The notes below the pieces were generated by a model. The model searched no databases. It saw only the letters and a program-made list of their open reading frames with translations, and had not been told where the DNA came from. Below, in pieces: positions 9,949 through 19,298 of a stretch of 58,428 nt of DNA; the stretch's first letter is position 1, and the number at the start of each line of letters is the position of its first letter. Source of the stretch: a virus (lineage: Duplodnaviria; Caudoviricetes); the IMG/VR virus record IMGVR_UViG_3300037634_006328, positions 1 to 58,428 of that record, one strand, 5' to 3'. The translations under genes were made by a program, and so were the position numbers.

Positions 9949-11303
9949 TGGCCGTAGAAGAAACTTTTGCTAAATTCGGGAAGGACTTTCAGGAAAAGCT
10001 CTGTCACCTATTGCTGGAAGACAGGGCTTTCTCTGATAGAATGGCAGAAGTTCTAAAGATTGAACATTTAGAACTTAGTTATTTACGACTTTTTGTTAGA
10101 AAGCTATTCGGGTATAAAGAAACATATTCAGTTCACCCGACTCATGAAATTATGATTACAATTTTGAGGACCGAACTGGAAGATGAAAGCGATCTCATCC
10201 AAAAGCAAGTTAGGGACTATTATACAACGATTTACGGTCAAACGATCAAGGAATCTGAATACATCAAAGACAAGGCTATTGATTTTTGCAGAAAGCAAAA
10301 ACTCAAGGAAGCAATGGTTAAGTCCGTGGGCTTGATTAATACATGTTCGTTTGACCAAATTTCAAGTGTCATCAACGACGCCTTAAAGGCTGGTAATGAG
10401 AACAATGTCGGCCACGAGTATCTTAAAGACTTTGAAACCAGATACTTGCTCCAGACCAGAAGACCTATTCGCACAGAATGGGCAATCATCGATGGTCACA
10501 TGCAGGGCGGATTGGGTGTTGGTGAATTGGGTGTCGTTATCGCGCCCACAGGGGCCGGTAAATCAATGTGCTTGGTGCGTTTAGGTGCGCAGGCTCTAAA
10601 GCAAGGAAAAACAGTCATACACTATACATTAGAGCTTTCAGATGCGGTTGTGGGCTTAAGGTACGATAGTTGCATTTCTGGCATCAAGCTGAATGAGCTT
10701 ACCAAGTTCAAAGATAATGTTTTTGAAGAAATTAAAAGCACCCCAGGGACCTTGATTATTAAGGAATATCCGACCAAGTCGTGTGGGGTAACTACTTTAC
10801 GCTCCCATTTGGAAAAACTGATCTCCAGAGGCATCGAGCCGGATCTGGTTATCGTCGATTATGGCGATTTGTTGAAGAACACTTCCGGGTACACAGAAAA
10901 GTATGATGCTTTGGGCAATACTTTCGAAGAATTGAGAGGGTTGGCAAAACAACAGCAAGTGGCACTTTGGACTGCGACCCAGACAAACAGATCTGGTCTA
11001 AATGCTTCGGTTGTAACGATGGAAGAAATTTCTGATTCTTTTAGTAAGTGTTTCATTTCCGACTTCATAATTACTCTATCAAGGACAGCAGAGGATAAGA
11101 GAAAGAACAAGGGCCGAATGTTCATCGCAAAGAACCGCTTCGGTGCTGATGGACTAGTCTATCCTATTTCTATGGACACGTCGAATGTATTCATAGAAGT
11201 GCTTGAAGCAGATGGGGAGATAGAAGATAAACCCTTATCTGCAAAAGAACAATTAGATAAATTGAAAGAATTCAAAAAGCAACTAAAAAGGAACAGGAGT
11301 TAA
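9948..11303 (+). CDS. DnaB-like replicative helicase (gp41-like)
   Basis: APTGAGKS Walker A, LELS, IVDY, WTATQTNR, KNRFG. Confidence 0.9.
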   Translation: MAVEETFAKFGKDFQEKLCHLLLEDRAFSDRMAEVLKIEHLELSYLRLFVRKLFGYKETYSVHPTHEIMITILRTELEDESDLIQKQVRDYYTTIYGQTIKESEYIKDKAIDFCRKQKLKEAMVKSVGLINTCSFDQISSVINDALKAGNENNVGHEYLKDFETRYLLQTRRPIRTEWAIIDGHMQGGLGVGELGVVIAPTGAGKSMCLVRLGAQALKQGKTVIHYTLELSDAVVGLRYDSCISGIKLNELTKFKDNVFEEIKSTPGTLIIKEYPTKSCGVTTLRSHLEKLISRGIEPDLVIVDYGDLLKNTSGYTEKYDALGNTFEELRGLAKQQQVALWTATQTNRSGLNASVVTMEEISDSFSKCFISDFIITLSRTAEDKRKNKGRMFIAKNRFGADGLVYPISMDTSNVFIEVLEADGEIEDKPLSAKEQLDKLKEFKKQLKRNRS

Positions 11304-11305
11304 AC

Positions 11306-13168
11306 ATGGAATTAGCATCGGAGATTTTATCAGATATTACAGTACATACCAAATATGCGCGTTATTTGGAAGAACAACAGAGACGCGAGACATATGCGGA
11401 AATAACAACGCGAAATAAGAAGATGCATATGCGCCGCTTCCCCTTTCTCAAAGAAGAGATAGAATCGGCCTATGAATTTGTGTATGACAAAAAAGTCCTA
11501 CCTTCGATGCGTTCGATGCAGTTCGGCGGCAAGCCAATCGAGATCAGCCCCAATCGCATCTTCAACTGTGCTTATCTACCGATTGATGATGCCCGTTCCT
11601 TTTCGGAAACAATGTTTTTGCTTTTAGGTGGCACCGGAGTAGGGTTCAGTGTTCAAAAACACCATGTCTCCAAATTACCGGAAATAAGAAAGCCCAATGG
11701 CAAGCGAACAAGAAGGTTCCTTATCGCCGATTCTATTGAAGGGTGGGCAGACGCCGTAAAGGCGCTTGTTTCCGCTTATTTCAAAGGCACCTCAAGGCTT
11801 CGGTTTGATTTCTCCGATATTCGCCCAAAGGGCGCAAAGCTTGTGACTTCAGGCGGTAAGGCTCCAGGTCCACAGCCATTGAAAGAATGTTTGCTCAAAT
11901 TGGAAGGTATTCTGGAAAACAAAGCTGATGGAACACAGCTATCTACTATCGAAGTCCATGATATGGTTTGTCATATTGCTGACGCCGTTTTGGCCGGCGG
12001 TATCCGCCGCGCAGCGCTGATTTCCTTATTTTCCGCTGGCGATAACGATATGCTTTCTGCAAAGTCTGGCAAGTGGTATGAAAAAGATCCACAGAGAGGT
12101 AGGGCTAACAATTCAGTAGTTCTGATGCGCCACCGAATCACTAAAGAATATTTTATGGACCTGTGGGAGCGCGTCCGCGCCTCTGGGGCAGGAGAACCAG
12201 GGTTCTATTTCACGAATGATAAAGACTGGGGATGTAATCCGTGTTGTGAGATTGGCCTTAGACCTTACCAGTTCTGTAATTTAACTGAAGTGAATGTCTC
12301 TAATATTGTATCACAGGAAGACTTGGAAGCCCGCGTGAAGGCTGCTGCGTTTATCGGTACTTTGCAAGCCTCATATACTGATTTCCACTATCTTCGACCG
12401 GTTTGGCAAAGAAACACCGAAAAGGATGCCCTTATTGGTGTTTCGATGACTGGGATTGCAAGTGGCTTGGTTCTAGATATGGATATGACCGCCGCTGCCG
12501 CCGTAGTCAAGGCTGAAAACGCAAGAGTTGCCGAAAAGATTGGCCTCAATCCTGCGGCTAGAACGACGTGTGTGAAACCGGCAGGAACCACAAGTTTGAC
12601 TTTGGGAACCTCCAGTGGAATTCACGCTTGGCACGATGATTATTATATTCGTAGAATGCGGGTTGGCAAGAACGAATCCATTTATCAATTCCTCGCAGAG
12701 TACCACCCAGAACTCGTTCAGGACGAGTATTTCAAGCCGCACCTTGAAGCCGTGGTGGAGGTTCCGCAGAAGGCTCCTGAAGGCGCTATAACCCGGTCAG
12801 AGAGCGCCCTTGACCTTCTTGCAAGGGTGAAGCTGGTCAGCACTCAATGGGTCGCCAAGGGTCACAGAAAGGGTCAGAACACGAACAACGTTAGTGCAAC
12901 GATCAGTATCAAAGAACATGAGTGGGAAGAGGTCGGCGAATGGATGTGGGAGAATCGTAAGGTCTATAACGGACTTTCAGTGATGCCCGAAGATCTCGGT
13001 TCTTATGTCCAGACTCCTTTTGAAAGTTGCGATAAAGAGACCTATGAAAGAATGATGAAGAATTTACAAGAAATAGAGATTAGTTCAATTGTTGAATACG
13101 ACGATAACACCGATTTGAGCGGCGAATTGGCTTGCGCAGGCGGGAGTTGTTCGGTTTCTTATCTTTAG
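11306..13168 (+). CDS. nrdJ: class II (B12-dependent, monomeric RTPR-type) ribonucleotide reductase
   Basis: FNCA, GGTGVGFS, GGIRRAA, NPCCEI, FCNLTE, TTCVKPAGT, C-terminal CAGGSC; no beta subunit nearby. Confidence 0.88.
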   Translation: MELASEILSDITVHTKYARYLEEQQRRETYAEITTRNKKMHMRRFPFLKEEIESAYEFVYDKKVLPSMRSMQFGGKPIEISPNRIFNCAYLPIDDARSFSETMFLLLGGTGVGFSVQKHHVSKLPEIRKPNGKRTRRFLIADSIEGWADAVKALVSAYFKGTSRLRFDFSDIRPKGAKLVTSGGKAPGPQPLKECLLKLEGILENKADGTQLSTIEVHDMVCHIADAVLAGGIRRAALISLFSAGDNDMLSAKSGKWYEKDPQRGRANNSVVLMRHRITKEYFMDLWERVRASGAGEPGFYFTNDKDWGCNPCCEIGLRPYQFCNLTEVNVSNIVSQEDLEARVKAAAFIGTLQASYTDFHYLRPVWQRNTEKDALIGVSMTGIASGLVLDMDMTAAAAVVKAENARVAEKIGLNPAARTTCVKPAGTTSLTLGTSSGIHAWHDDYYIRRMRVGKNESIYQFLAEYHPELVQDEYFKPHLEAVVEVPQKAPEGAITRSESALDLLARVKLVSTQWVAKGHRKGQNTNNVSATISIKEHEWEEVGEWMWENRKVYNGLSVMPEDLGSYVQTPFESCDKETYERMMKNLQEIEISSIVEYDDNTDLSGELACAGGSCSVSYL

Positions 13169-13248
13169 TACATTATGAAAAGAGCATATACACAAGAATA
13201 CTTTATCCATATGTGTAAAATGATAGCAGAAAACAATAAGGATGTAGA

Positions 13249-13581
13249 ATGACAATTGAAGAATCGGAAGCACTTCGGCAAGAAGTCTTAACTGGTAACA
13301 TTCTTGAAATCATTAACAACGTCGACCCACAAGGTTTGGTAAGATCTGGCTGCCCTTTGGACGAACACATGATGGAAGCCCAGATGATTTCAAGATATGT
13401 GGAGAAACACCCAAACGTACACCGCGATGTTTTGGCAGAACAGGTGAAAAACATTTTTGATGATGTGAACGGACTTGAGGAGAAAGCTCGTCAGTCCACA
13501 TCGTTAATTCGCAGAATACATAGGCGCGAATACGAACAGGTCGCTTATCGTATCCACAAAATGCTTGACAGCTTTGTTTGA
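13249..13581 (+). CDS. hypothetical protein
   Basis: 110-aa ORF with RBS. Confidence 0.55.
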   Translation: MTIEESEALRQEVLTGNILEIINNVDPQGLVRSGCPLDEHMMEAQMISRYVEKHPNVHRDVLAEQVKNIFDDVNGLEEKARQSTSLIRRIHRREYEQVAYRIHKMLDSFV

Positions 13582-13612
13582 AGTGGTTATGTTTACTACG
13601 TGAGTAAACAAA

Positions 13613-13834
13613 ATGAGATTCAACCACTTATTGCCAAAAAATGAGGCAATCCAAACCTGTCCCACAAATGGGGCAGCACATTATTATGTCCCAACCAGTC
13701 ATATTGAAAGTATGCTTGGTGGGGCTATCTGCGTCCGCTTTCGCTGTAAGCGCTGCAAACAGTTGGCAAACGCATATCTCGATGAAGAAGAGTTTAGGCT
13801 GAATGAAAATTCAATTAGGAGTAATACAAAGTGA
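13613..13834 (+). CDS. small zinc-ribbon protein
   Basis: C..H and CKRC motifs; sigma70-like promoter upstream (TTGACA 13565). Confidence 0.55.
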   Translation: MRFNHLLPKNEAIQTCPTNGAAHYYVPTSHIESMLGGAICVRFRCKRCKQLANAYLDEEEFRLNENSIRSNTK

Positions 13835-14121
13835 AATTAATACCATTTAACAAGCGTTTGTTAGTATCTTTCCCGGATGAAAAGAAAGAGATAGAAGAAC
13901 TATCGTTGGCCAAAAGCTTTGGCGTCGATAATTCAAAAAAGCCAATTGGTGATAGTTTGGTCATTTTGGATGTTGAACATGTCGGTGAAGAGTTAGAATA
14001 TTCGAATTTCACGAATTTCAAACAAGTGTTGGTCCCCAGACACATGATTGAAACTTTCAAACTAGATGGCAAGGAATATCATTTTGTCGAATATCGAACA
14101 ATTGTTGCGGGTGTGAAGTGA
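13831..14121 (+). CDS. groES: GroES-like co-chaperonin
   Basis: MKLIPFNKRLLV...DGKEYHFVEYRTIVAGV resembles the GroES ends; 96 aa; GroEL is present in the window. Confidence 0.65.
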   Translation: MKLIPFNKRLLVSFPDEKKEIEELSLAKSFGVDNSKKPIGDSLVILDVEHVGEELEYSNFTNFKQVLVPRHMIETFKLDGKEYHFVEYRTIVAGVK

Positions 14122-14366
14122 GTGACAATAAGCCCCCTATCGGATTTGATGATACTGATTTGGTAATTATACGAAATTCTCTCGCACATTCCCAAAGAGC
14201 TTGGAACAAATGGGTCGACGAAGATTCTCTTCCCGAGCCATGGGATCCTCCTTCTGCCCGTAAATTGATTAAAAGAATGGGTGAAATACTTAGTAAATTT
14301 GAGTTTCTTGGGACGCCAAAAGAACAAAAAACGGATTATCCAAAAGTGGCACAAAATGAACAATAA
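14118..14366 (+). CDS. hypothetical protein
   Basis: Coupled GTGA overlap with the upstream gene. Confidence 0.5.
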   Translation: MSDNKPPIGFDDTDLVIIRNSLAHSQRAWNKWVDEDSLPEPWDPPSARKLIKRMGEILSKFEFLGTPKEQKTDYPKVAQNEQ

Positions 14367-14991
14367 CAAAGTTGAATGGATTGGACACTACGGAAACGAT
14401 CTTTTACACGGACTTTCTGCTTGGACGTCTACAAGTCGTAATCTGACTGAAAAGAAGCGAAACAGGGTTGACAAGCTGCTCAAAATGCTGGCAACAGAAG
14501 GTCACAACACTCCTTTTGAGAAGTCGGCACTACACTTTCTTGTAACAACCGATATTGCAAGTCATATTCACCTTTTGAAGCATCGTGTTGGTGTGTCGAT
14601 TAATGGCGAATCAGCGCGATATAAAGAATTTACAGAAGATAAGTTCTATATTCCTGGCGATTGGCCCGAAAGAGAGCAGCGCGCCTTAAGAAATCATATT
14701 CTCACCTCTTATGAGAAATATCACGACTGCATAAGCCGGCTTCTTGATCAAGGGGTACCCAGAAAACGAGCAAAGGAATCAGCAAGATTCTACCTGCCAT
14801 ATGGCATCCAAATCACCGCAGATGTGATGTTCAACTGGCGGTCTTTTGCGCACTTCCAGAAATTGCGAAACGAAGAGCATGCACAGAAGGAAATCAGAGA
14901 CATCGCCCAAACAATGCTTGAGCAAGTTGAAGCGACAGGTGATTTTCCCTTTACAATTGCAGCAATGCGTGAAGCGAAGATGATACCGTGA
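14356..14991 (+). CDS. thyX: flavin-dependent thymidylate synthase
   Basis: GHNTPFE, KHRVGVSINGESARY (ThyX motif), ESARFYLP, NWRS...LR..EHAQKEIR. Confidence 0.92.
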   Translation: MNNNKVEWIGHYGNDLLHGLSAWTSTSRNLTEKKRNRVDKLLKMLATEGHNTPFEKSALHFLVTTDIASHIHLLKHRVGVSINGESARYKEFTEDKFYIPGDWPEREQRALRNHILTSYEKYHDCISRLLDQGVPRKRAKESARFYLPYGIQITADVMFNWRSFAHFQKLRNEEHAQKEIRDIAQTMLEQVEATGDFPFTIAAMREAKMIP

Positions 14992-15677
14992 AATATCTTA
15001 TTGCACTGCTGGCTTGCTCCTGCGTGAAGGCCAGGGAGCCAATAGAGACCCCATATCAAGAGCCGGAAACAATTGTGGAGGTAGCAGTAGAAGAGAGGCT
15101 CCCTCCAGATACAGGGTTGGTGGATGATTTTGAATTGTTTAGTCCAAATTTACCCTACTGTAGACCCGGCGACCATAATGAAATTGATTACGGCGCAGTA
15201 GACAGTAATTATTACAACGAGTGGACCAAGGAATGGAGGTGGTGCATAAGTGATTATGGCGTCGAAGGAAACTATAGCTATTATGTGGTGAATCAAGCAG
15301 GGGAAACACTCTGCGGATACACATACAGATTTACTGGCACATTTCGTGAAGACTTGACCATAACACATTGGCACTATGCTTTCGAGATAGAGGACTCTTG
15401 GTTGCACTGGCATGATGCAACCCAGAATTACATGATGTATGGCATATGCAACCCTTCTAGTAACATAGCCACATACTGGAGGATATCCCCAGAAAATATT
15501 AGAGACGGTATTCCTTGGGAGTTGCTGTATAGCCACAGCGCTGCTACAGGTGTATGGTATCCGCCTTGGTATCATTATAACAAATATGATCCCCTGTATT
15601 ATGCATTACAGGCAAGACCGGCTAAAGCGCCAAATGGTGATATAATCATGAGAATCACTTATCAATTAATGGATTGA
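14988..15677 (+). CDS. putative lipoprotein, aromatic-rich
   Basis: MKYLIALLACSC signal peptide/lipobox-like N-terminus. Confidence 0.55.
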   Translation: MKYLIALLACSCVKAREPIETPYQEPETIVEVAVEERLPPDTGLVDDFELFSPNLPYCRPGDHNEIDYGAVDSNYYNEWTKEWRWCISDYGVEGNYSYYVVNQAGETLCGYTYRFTGTFREDLTITHWHYAFEIEDSWLHWHDATQNYMMYGICNPSSNIATYWRISPENIRDGIPWELLYSHSAATGVWYPPWYHYNKYDPLYYALQARPAKAPNGDIIMRITYQLMD

Positions 15678-15714
15678 AAAAATGTTAATTAACATTTACT
15701 TGACAATTTAACTG

Positions 15715-15743
15715 TTGACCTGTCGCTCTACAGGTGGTATAAT
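15715..15743 (+). promoter_or_regulatory. sigma70-like promoter heading the repeat-delimited ORF array
   Basis: TTGACC-N17-TATAAT. Confidence 0.7.
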
Positions 15744-15769
15744 TATGGGGTAAGCAAGGATAGCGAAGA

Positions 15770-15871
15770 ATGAGTTTGAGTAGATTTTTTCTCTATTTGT
15801 CACGACTTTTTGCAGACAAGCACGGTCATGAAAGAGATGGAACTTACCATCAATGGGAGAGCGAAGAATGA
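15770..15871 (+). CDS. 33-aa ORF, first member of the ESEE array (not in ORF track)
   Basis: MSLSRFFLYLSRLFADKHGHERDGTYHQWESEE*; starts in a partial repeat AGCGAAGAATGA and ends in a full repeat. Confidence 0.55.
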   Translation: MSLSRFFLYLSRLFADKHGHERDGTYHQWESEE

Positions 15872-16122
15872 AATACGGTGGGAAACAAGGAATGAAAGTC
15901 GGCGATAAAGTTCGTGATCGTCTTTTCTACTTTGACAGCGAGTTTAATAGAGGGATAGGAACTATTACTGAGATTCACCCGATTGAAGCGGAGCCCAAAG
16001 GTTTCTTTTATGCTGTCATAAAATGGGACAACGAAATCCCAGAGGGAAATCCATTTGCTTTGACCGACGATACAAGCGAAGATTATTTAGAGGATGTTGA
16101 ACTTGTGGAGAGCGAAGAATGA
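15868..16122 (+). CDS. small KOW/SH3-like hypothetical protein (array member)
   Basis: MKVGDKVR motif; ends ESEE. Confidence 0.65.
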   Translation: MKYGGKQGMKVGDKVRDRLFYFDSEFNRGIGTITEIHPIEAEPKGFFYAVIKWDNEIPEGNPFALTDDTSEDYLEDVELVESEE

Positions 16123-16445
16123 GTATTGAAGTTGCGACATCTGCCCGGATGAGAAAGGGAACTCTCCAAGCGAGGCATAAGATTAGCGTGTCGGTATCCA
16201 ATGCTTTTAGGAAAGAGCTAAAAGTGTGGGAAGATGTATATAAGAGAGATGGTTATATAGGGAAGGGGCATTGGCTATCTATCAGTGTAGGTTTACAGAA
16301 TGTTGTTGCTGATGCTCTTATATCCACTAAGGAATTCCAAGAACTGTCCGAAAGAGAAAAGTTAATGATGGCTTTCTCCATCGGTCAGGGGATAGAAGAG
16401 GAGTTTAGGAAGTTCCAGTCAAGGGTTAGGGAGAGCGAAGAATGA
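16119..16445 (+). CDS. hypothetical protein (array member)
   Basis: ATGA overlap in the repeat; ends ESEE. Confidence 0.65.
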   Translation: MSIEVATSARMRKGTLQARHKISVSVSNAFRKELKVWEDVYKRDGYIGKGHWLSISVGLQNVVADALISTKEFQELSEREKLMMAFSIGQGIEEEFRKFQSRVRESEE

Positions 16446-16708
16446 AAAATCCTTTGGTTGACGAAGACTTTTATATTCCAGTATCCTACAAAGGAAAGCC
16501 GGTAGAATACCGAGGTAAGATCTCTGATAGAGAATCTTTCGAGGGCAAAGAAGAAGGAATTTATTATTTGATTTCCACTGGGTCTGCCTACTGCTACTAT
16601 GACGGCGCTGGCATGCTTGATTTGCGGTTTATACCCAACCCACATAATCCAGAGGTTGCACATATGGAACCTTGTTGGTACAGTGAGTTGAGGGAGAGCG
16701 AAGAATGA
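16442..16708 (+). CDS. hypothetical protein (array member)
   Basis: ATGA overlap in the repeat; ends ESEE. Confidence 0.65.
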   Translation: MKNPLVDEDFYIPVSYKGKPVEYRGKISDRESFEGKEEGIYYLISTGSAYCYYDGAGMLDLRFIPNPHNPEVAHMEPCWYSELRESEE

Positions 16709-16959
16709 TTAAGGGAAGCAAGGAATTAACAAAAAAGGTGTGGTTAAGCGATGATAACTTTAACTCCGACAGAGATGTAGCCCGAAAAGCAATATCTAAG
16801 ATAATAGCCGATCACTATGAAATCCCTTTAGAAAGTGTTGAATGGCGAGATTTTCGAAAGCCAGGATGGCACATAGATCCTCCCGGCAGGTTCTTTATAG
16901 ATGGGGAGCCCTTGCATATGTATGTGTTCGGACCTGGGGATGAGGAGAGCGAAGAATGA
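16705..16959 (+). CDS. hypothetical protein (array member)
   Basis: ATGA overlap in the repeat; ends ESEE. Confidence 0.65.
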   Translation: MIKGSKELTKKVWLSDDNFNSDRDVARKAISKIIADHYEIPLESVEWRDFRKPGWHIDPPGRFFIDGEPLHMYVFGPGDEESEE

Positions 16960-17732
16960 TCCTGGACTCACAAATATGTGAGAACATTGTGATTGGCGGC
17001 TCGACAGAAGCGATATTGTATGCATACAAACACAAGTATCCATTGATAATGCCCTATGTTGAGCCGCTTTTTCCTTTTGAAAATATTAACATCGAAATTG
17101 CAAATCTGAAGAACCCTTTAGAAGAAGAGTTAAGATGCAAACTCCTCTTTTTGATGGGTCTAGACAGTTTGCTCCCAATACCCTTTTCAGTAAGCGGTGT
17201 AAAGATAAAGAATCAAGTTATCATGATTGCGATTAAAGATAAAGGCACCGTCGTGTACAAGTTCGATAAACTACACATTTTTGACGATCGCAATGTTCGG
17301 GGCTTACCAAAAGTCGTGGATACCAGGAAACGCAAAAGAACAGTTATTGACTGGTTCGTTGTCAAGACTGGCATGGAACATGAACATGAAGAGTATAGAG
17401 AAAAGGGTTTGCGGCTTATCTTTTACCCAACAGAACGATTCGCTGGAAGAACTACTTTAAAAGACGTGATCGCGATTACATCACTCCAGAAGAAACAGTT
17501 GAATGACTTTGATTATTCCTCTTCCATGGTCCGCTTGCAAGTCGAAGAGATTATGGTGAATATGGGGGTTGCTCCGAAAATAGAAATAGAATTCGCTGAA
17601 CGTCAGGTCATCGGCCAAGATCGATACATATACGAAGAAGACGAAAGGTTTATATTTCTGGAAGATATGAAAATCGAAGAGATTGCCAAATTGGAAGAGA
17701 AAGAGAGCTATTGTTCTCAATTGGGGATATAA
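16956..17732 (+). CDS. hypothetical protein with degenerate Rossmann-like N-terminus
   Basis: NIVIGGSTEAILYAY resembles a VIGGG..GL.AA dinucleotide-binding strand-helix. Confidence 0.5.
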   Translation: MILDSQICENIVIGGSTEAILYAYKHKYPLIMPYVEPLFPFENINIEIANLKNPLEEELRCKLLFLMGLDSLLPIPFSVSGVKIKNQVIMIAIKDKGTVVYKFDKLHIFDDRNVRGLPKVVDTRKRKRTVIDWFVVKTGMEHEHEEYREKGLRLIFYPTERFAGRTTLKDVIAITSLQKKQLNDFDYSSSMVRLQVEEIMVNMGVAPKIEIEFAERQVIGQDRYIYEEDERFIFLEDMKIEEIAKLEEKESYCSQLGI

Positions 17733-18568
17733 TGCACTTAGCTGGAATTGTGCCTGTTATTTCGCAAACCAGGGACTTCAAGATGCCTTGGGATGACTGT
17801 CTTATGCCAATTGCCCCCGGATATTTGGCTTATGAGCGCGCCGTGTTAGAATGCGCGTATGCTGGCTGTGATACGATATGGATAATTTGCAACGATGACG
17901 TGTCTCCAATTGTGAGAAAGAGAATTGGAGACTTTGTCGAAGACCCGGTTTATTTAGGTCGAAAAACCCGCTTTCCAGACAAGGAAAGAAAGCCGGTCTC
18001 CGTTTATTACTTGCCACTGAATGTACAAGACTTTTACAAACAAAATTGCCAGGCATGGGCGATAACTTACGGGGCTTTGACAATTAAAGACATTTCAGCC
18101 AGAATCAGCAAATGGGTAATGTCCGAGAAGTATTATGTGGCGTTCCCACACTCTGTTTATGATCCTGCGATCGTGAGAGAGGACAGAAGGCTCATAACAA
18201 CAAAAGACAACTATTTCCTACAAAATGGCAAGACGTTCGCAGATGGGGAAAAAATGGGCTTCTCATTCGGTAATGAAGACTTAGAGAAATTCGAAAGGTA
18301 TTTTATAGATTTGGAAAACAACGAATTGTTCTCTCGGAATACAGAATATTGTAGGGAATACTATGACAACCGCGTTTTACTTGACAACCTCTCTGATTTG
18401 GTTATATTAAAGGAAACAGACAAGGTGCGCCCCGTTCCATGGAGCCACCAGATCGATACGTGGGATCAATATTGCGCCTTTTTAAAAGATCCTGTAAGCA
18501 AGACTTTAGCCCATCCAGGCGAACTAGTTATGTCTTACAGGGAACAGCGCGGCATTGGCGGAATTTAA
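17732..18568 (+). CDS. sugar-phosphate nucleotidyltransferase-like (GT-A fold) protein
   Basis: HLAGIVPV...P..CLMPI...ERAVLEC..AGCDTIWII resembles the NTP_transferase N-terminus. Confidence 0.5.
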   Translation: MHLAGIVPVISQTRDFKMPWDDCLMPIAPGYLAYERAVLECAYAGCDTIWIICNDDVSPIVRKRIGDFVEDPVYLGRKTRFPDKERKPVSVYYLPLNVQDFYKQNCQAWAITYGALTIKDISARISKWVMSEKYYVAFPHSVYDPAIVREDRRLITTKDNYFLQNGKTFADGEKMGFSFGNEDLEKFERYFIDLENNELFSRNTEYCREYYDNRVLLDNLSDLVILKETDKVRPVPWSHQIDTWDQYCAFLKDPVSKTLAHPGELVMSYREQRGIGGI

Positions 18569-18824
18569 ACGTGGCGAATTAGTTAAGATTATAGACTATT
18601 ATTTCGATGTGCCTAATGAAGACTATGGCATATACCTGTCTTCCTCTCAAGGGCAAGTGGAGTATTGGGGTAATAAGATTCAATCTCGCATATTCCTCGT
18701 TTTTTGCGTGCGAACTCAACAGGTGTATCGCATACCTGAACAGGACCTGTTCTGTTTGTTGAGGCCGATTGAGGACGATAGTGCATTCCATGAAATTGAA
18801 GCTTGGAGATCTGGTTCAAGGTAA
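18555..18824 (+). CDS. small KOW/SH3-like hypothetical protein
   Basis: FKRGELVK motif. Confidence 0.5.
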   Translation: MAEFKRGELVKIIDYYFDVPNEDYGIYLSSSQGQVEYWGNKIQSRIFLVFCVRTQQVYRIPEQDLFCLLRPIEDDSAFHEIEAWRSGSR

Positions 18825-19005
18825 AAAAGGTATATTTCTCGGTTTTTTGGTCGGCAAGTATGGGGTAGTTGTAGGTTTTGAAGATCTCCTGTACCAGAGT
18901 TCTCCCCCAAATATACGGGTTTTTTGGCTTGGCGTTGGGGTGACTGATAACTGGAATCCCAATGTGGCACTTTATAGAAACAATGAACTAAGGAAGCTAA
19001 CATGA
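18790..19005 (+). CDS. small KOW/SH3-like hypothetical protein
   Basis: LKLGDLVQ...YGVVV...VFW. Confidence 0.5.
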   Translation: MKLKLGDLVQGKKGIFLGFLVGKYGVVVGFEDLLYQSSPPNIRVFWLGVGVTDNWNPNVALYRNNELRKLT

Positions 19006-19298
19006 AAAAAGAAGAAATTAAGGTCTCGATGTATTCGCAGATTGCGACACCAAGTGGGAAATGTCCCGCCGACTTGAAAAGTACGAAAATGAAAGATGTT
19101 CGTATTTGGATGGACGCGGTTAATAAAAGGTGTATCGAAAAAAATGAGATCCTCACAGAAGAGGCGTACCTGTATTATGTAAGGTATTTTCACAGCATCT
19201 TCAGCGAGGAATACAAGATCGTTGAGAAGCAGATTAAGAAGTATTCAGAGCGCAAGATTAACGAAGCGTATAAGGAGCTAAACCTTGAAAGAGAGTAA
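19002..19298 (+). CDS. hypothetical protein
   Basis: Coupled ORF. Confidence 0.55.
   Translation: MKKEEIKVSMYSQIATPSGKCPADLKSTKMKDVRIWMDAVNKRCIEKNEILTEEAYLYYVRYFHSIFSEEYKIVEKQIKKYSERKINEAYKELNLERE

Larger units (their letters stand above)
15856..16959 (+). repeat. five identical 16-bp direct repeats GGAGAGCGAAGAATGA at gene junctions
   Basis: Copies at 15856, 16107, 16430, 16693 and 16944; partial copy at 15762. Confidence 0.95.

Noticed and set aside
15856-16959. CRISPR array interpretation of the 16-bp repeats
   Set aside because: The repeat is too short and not palindromic, the intervals are 235-307 bp full ORFs, and no cas genes are present.
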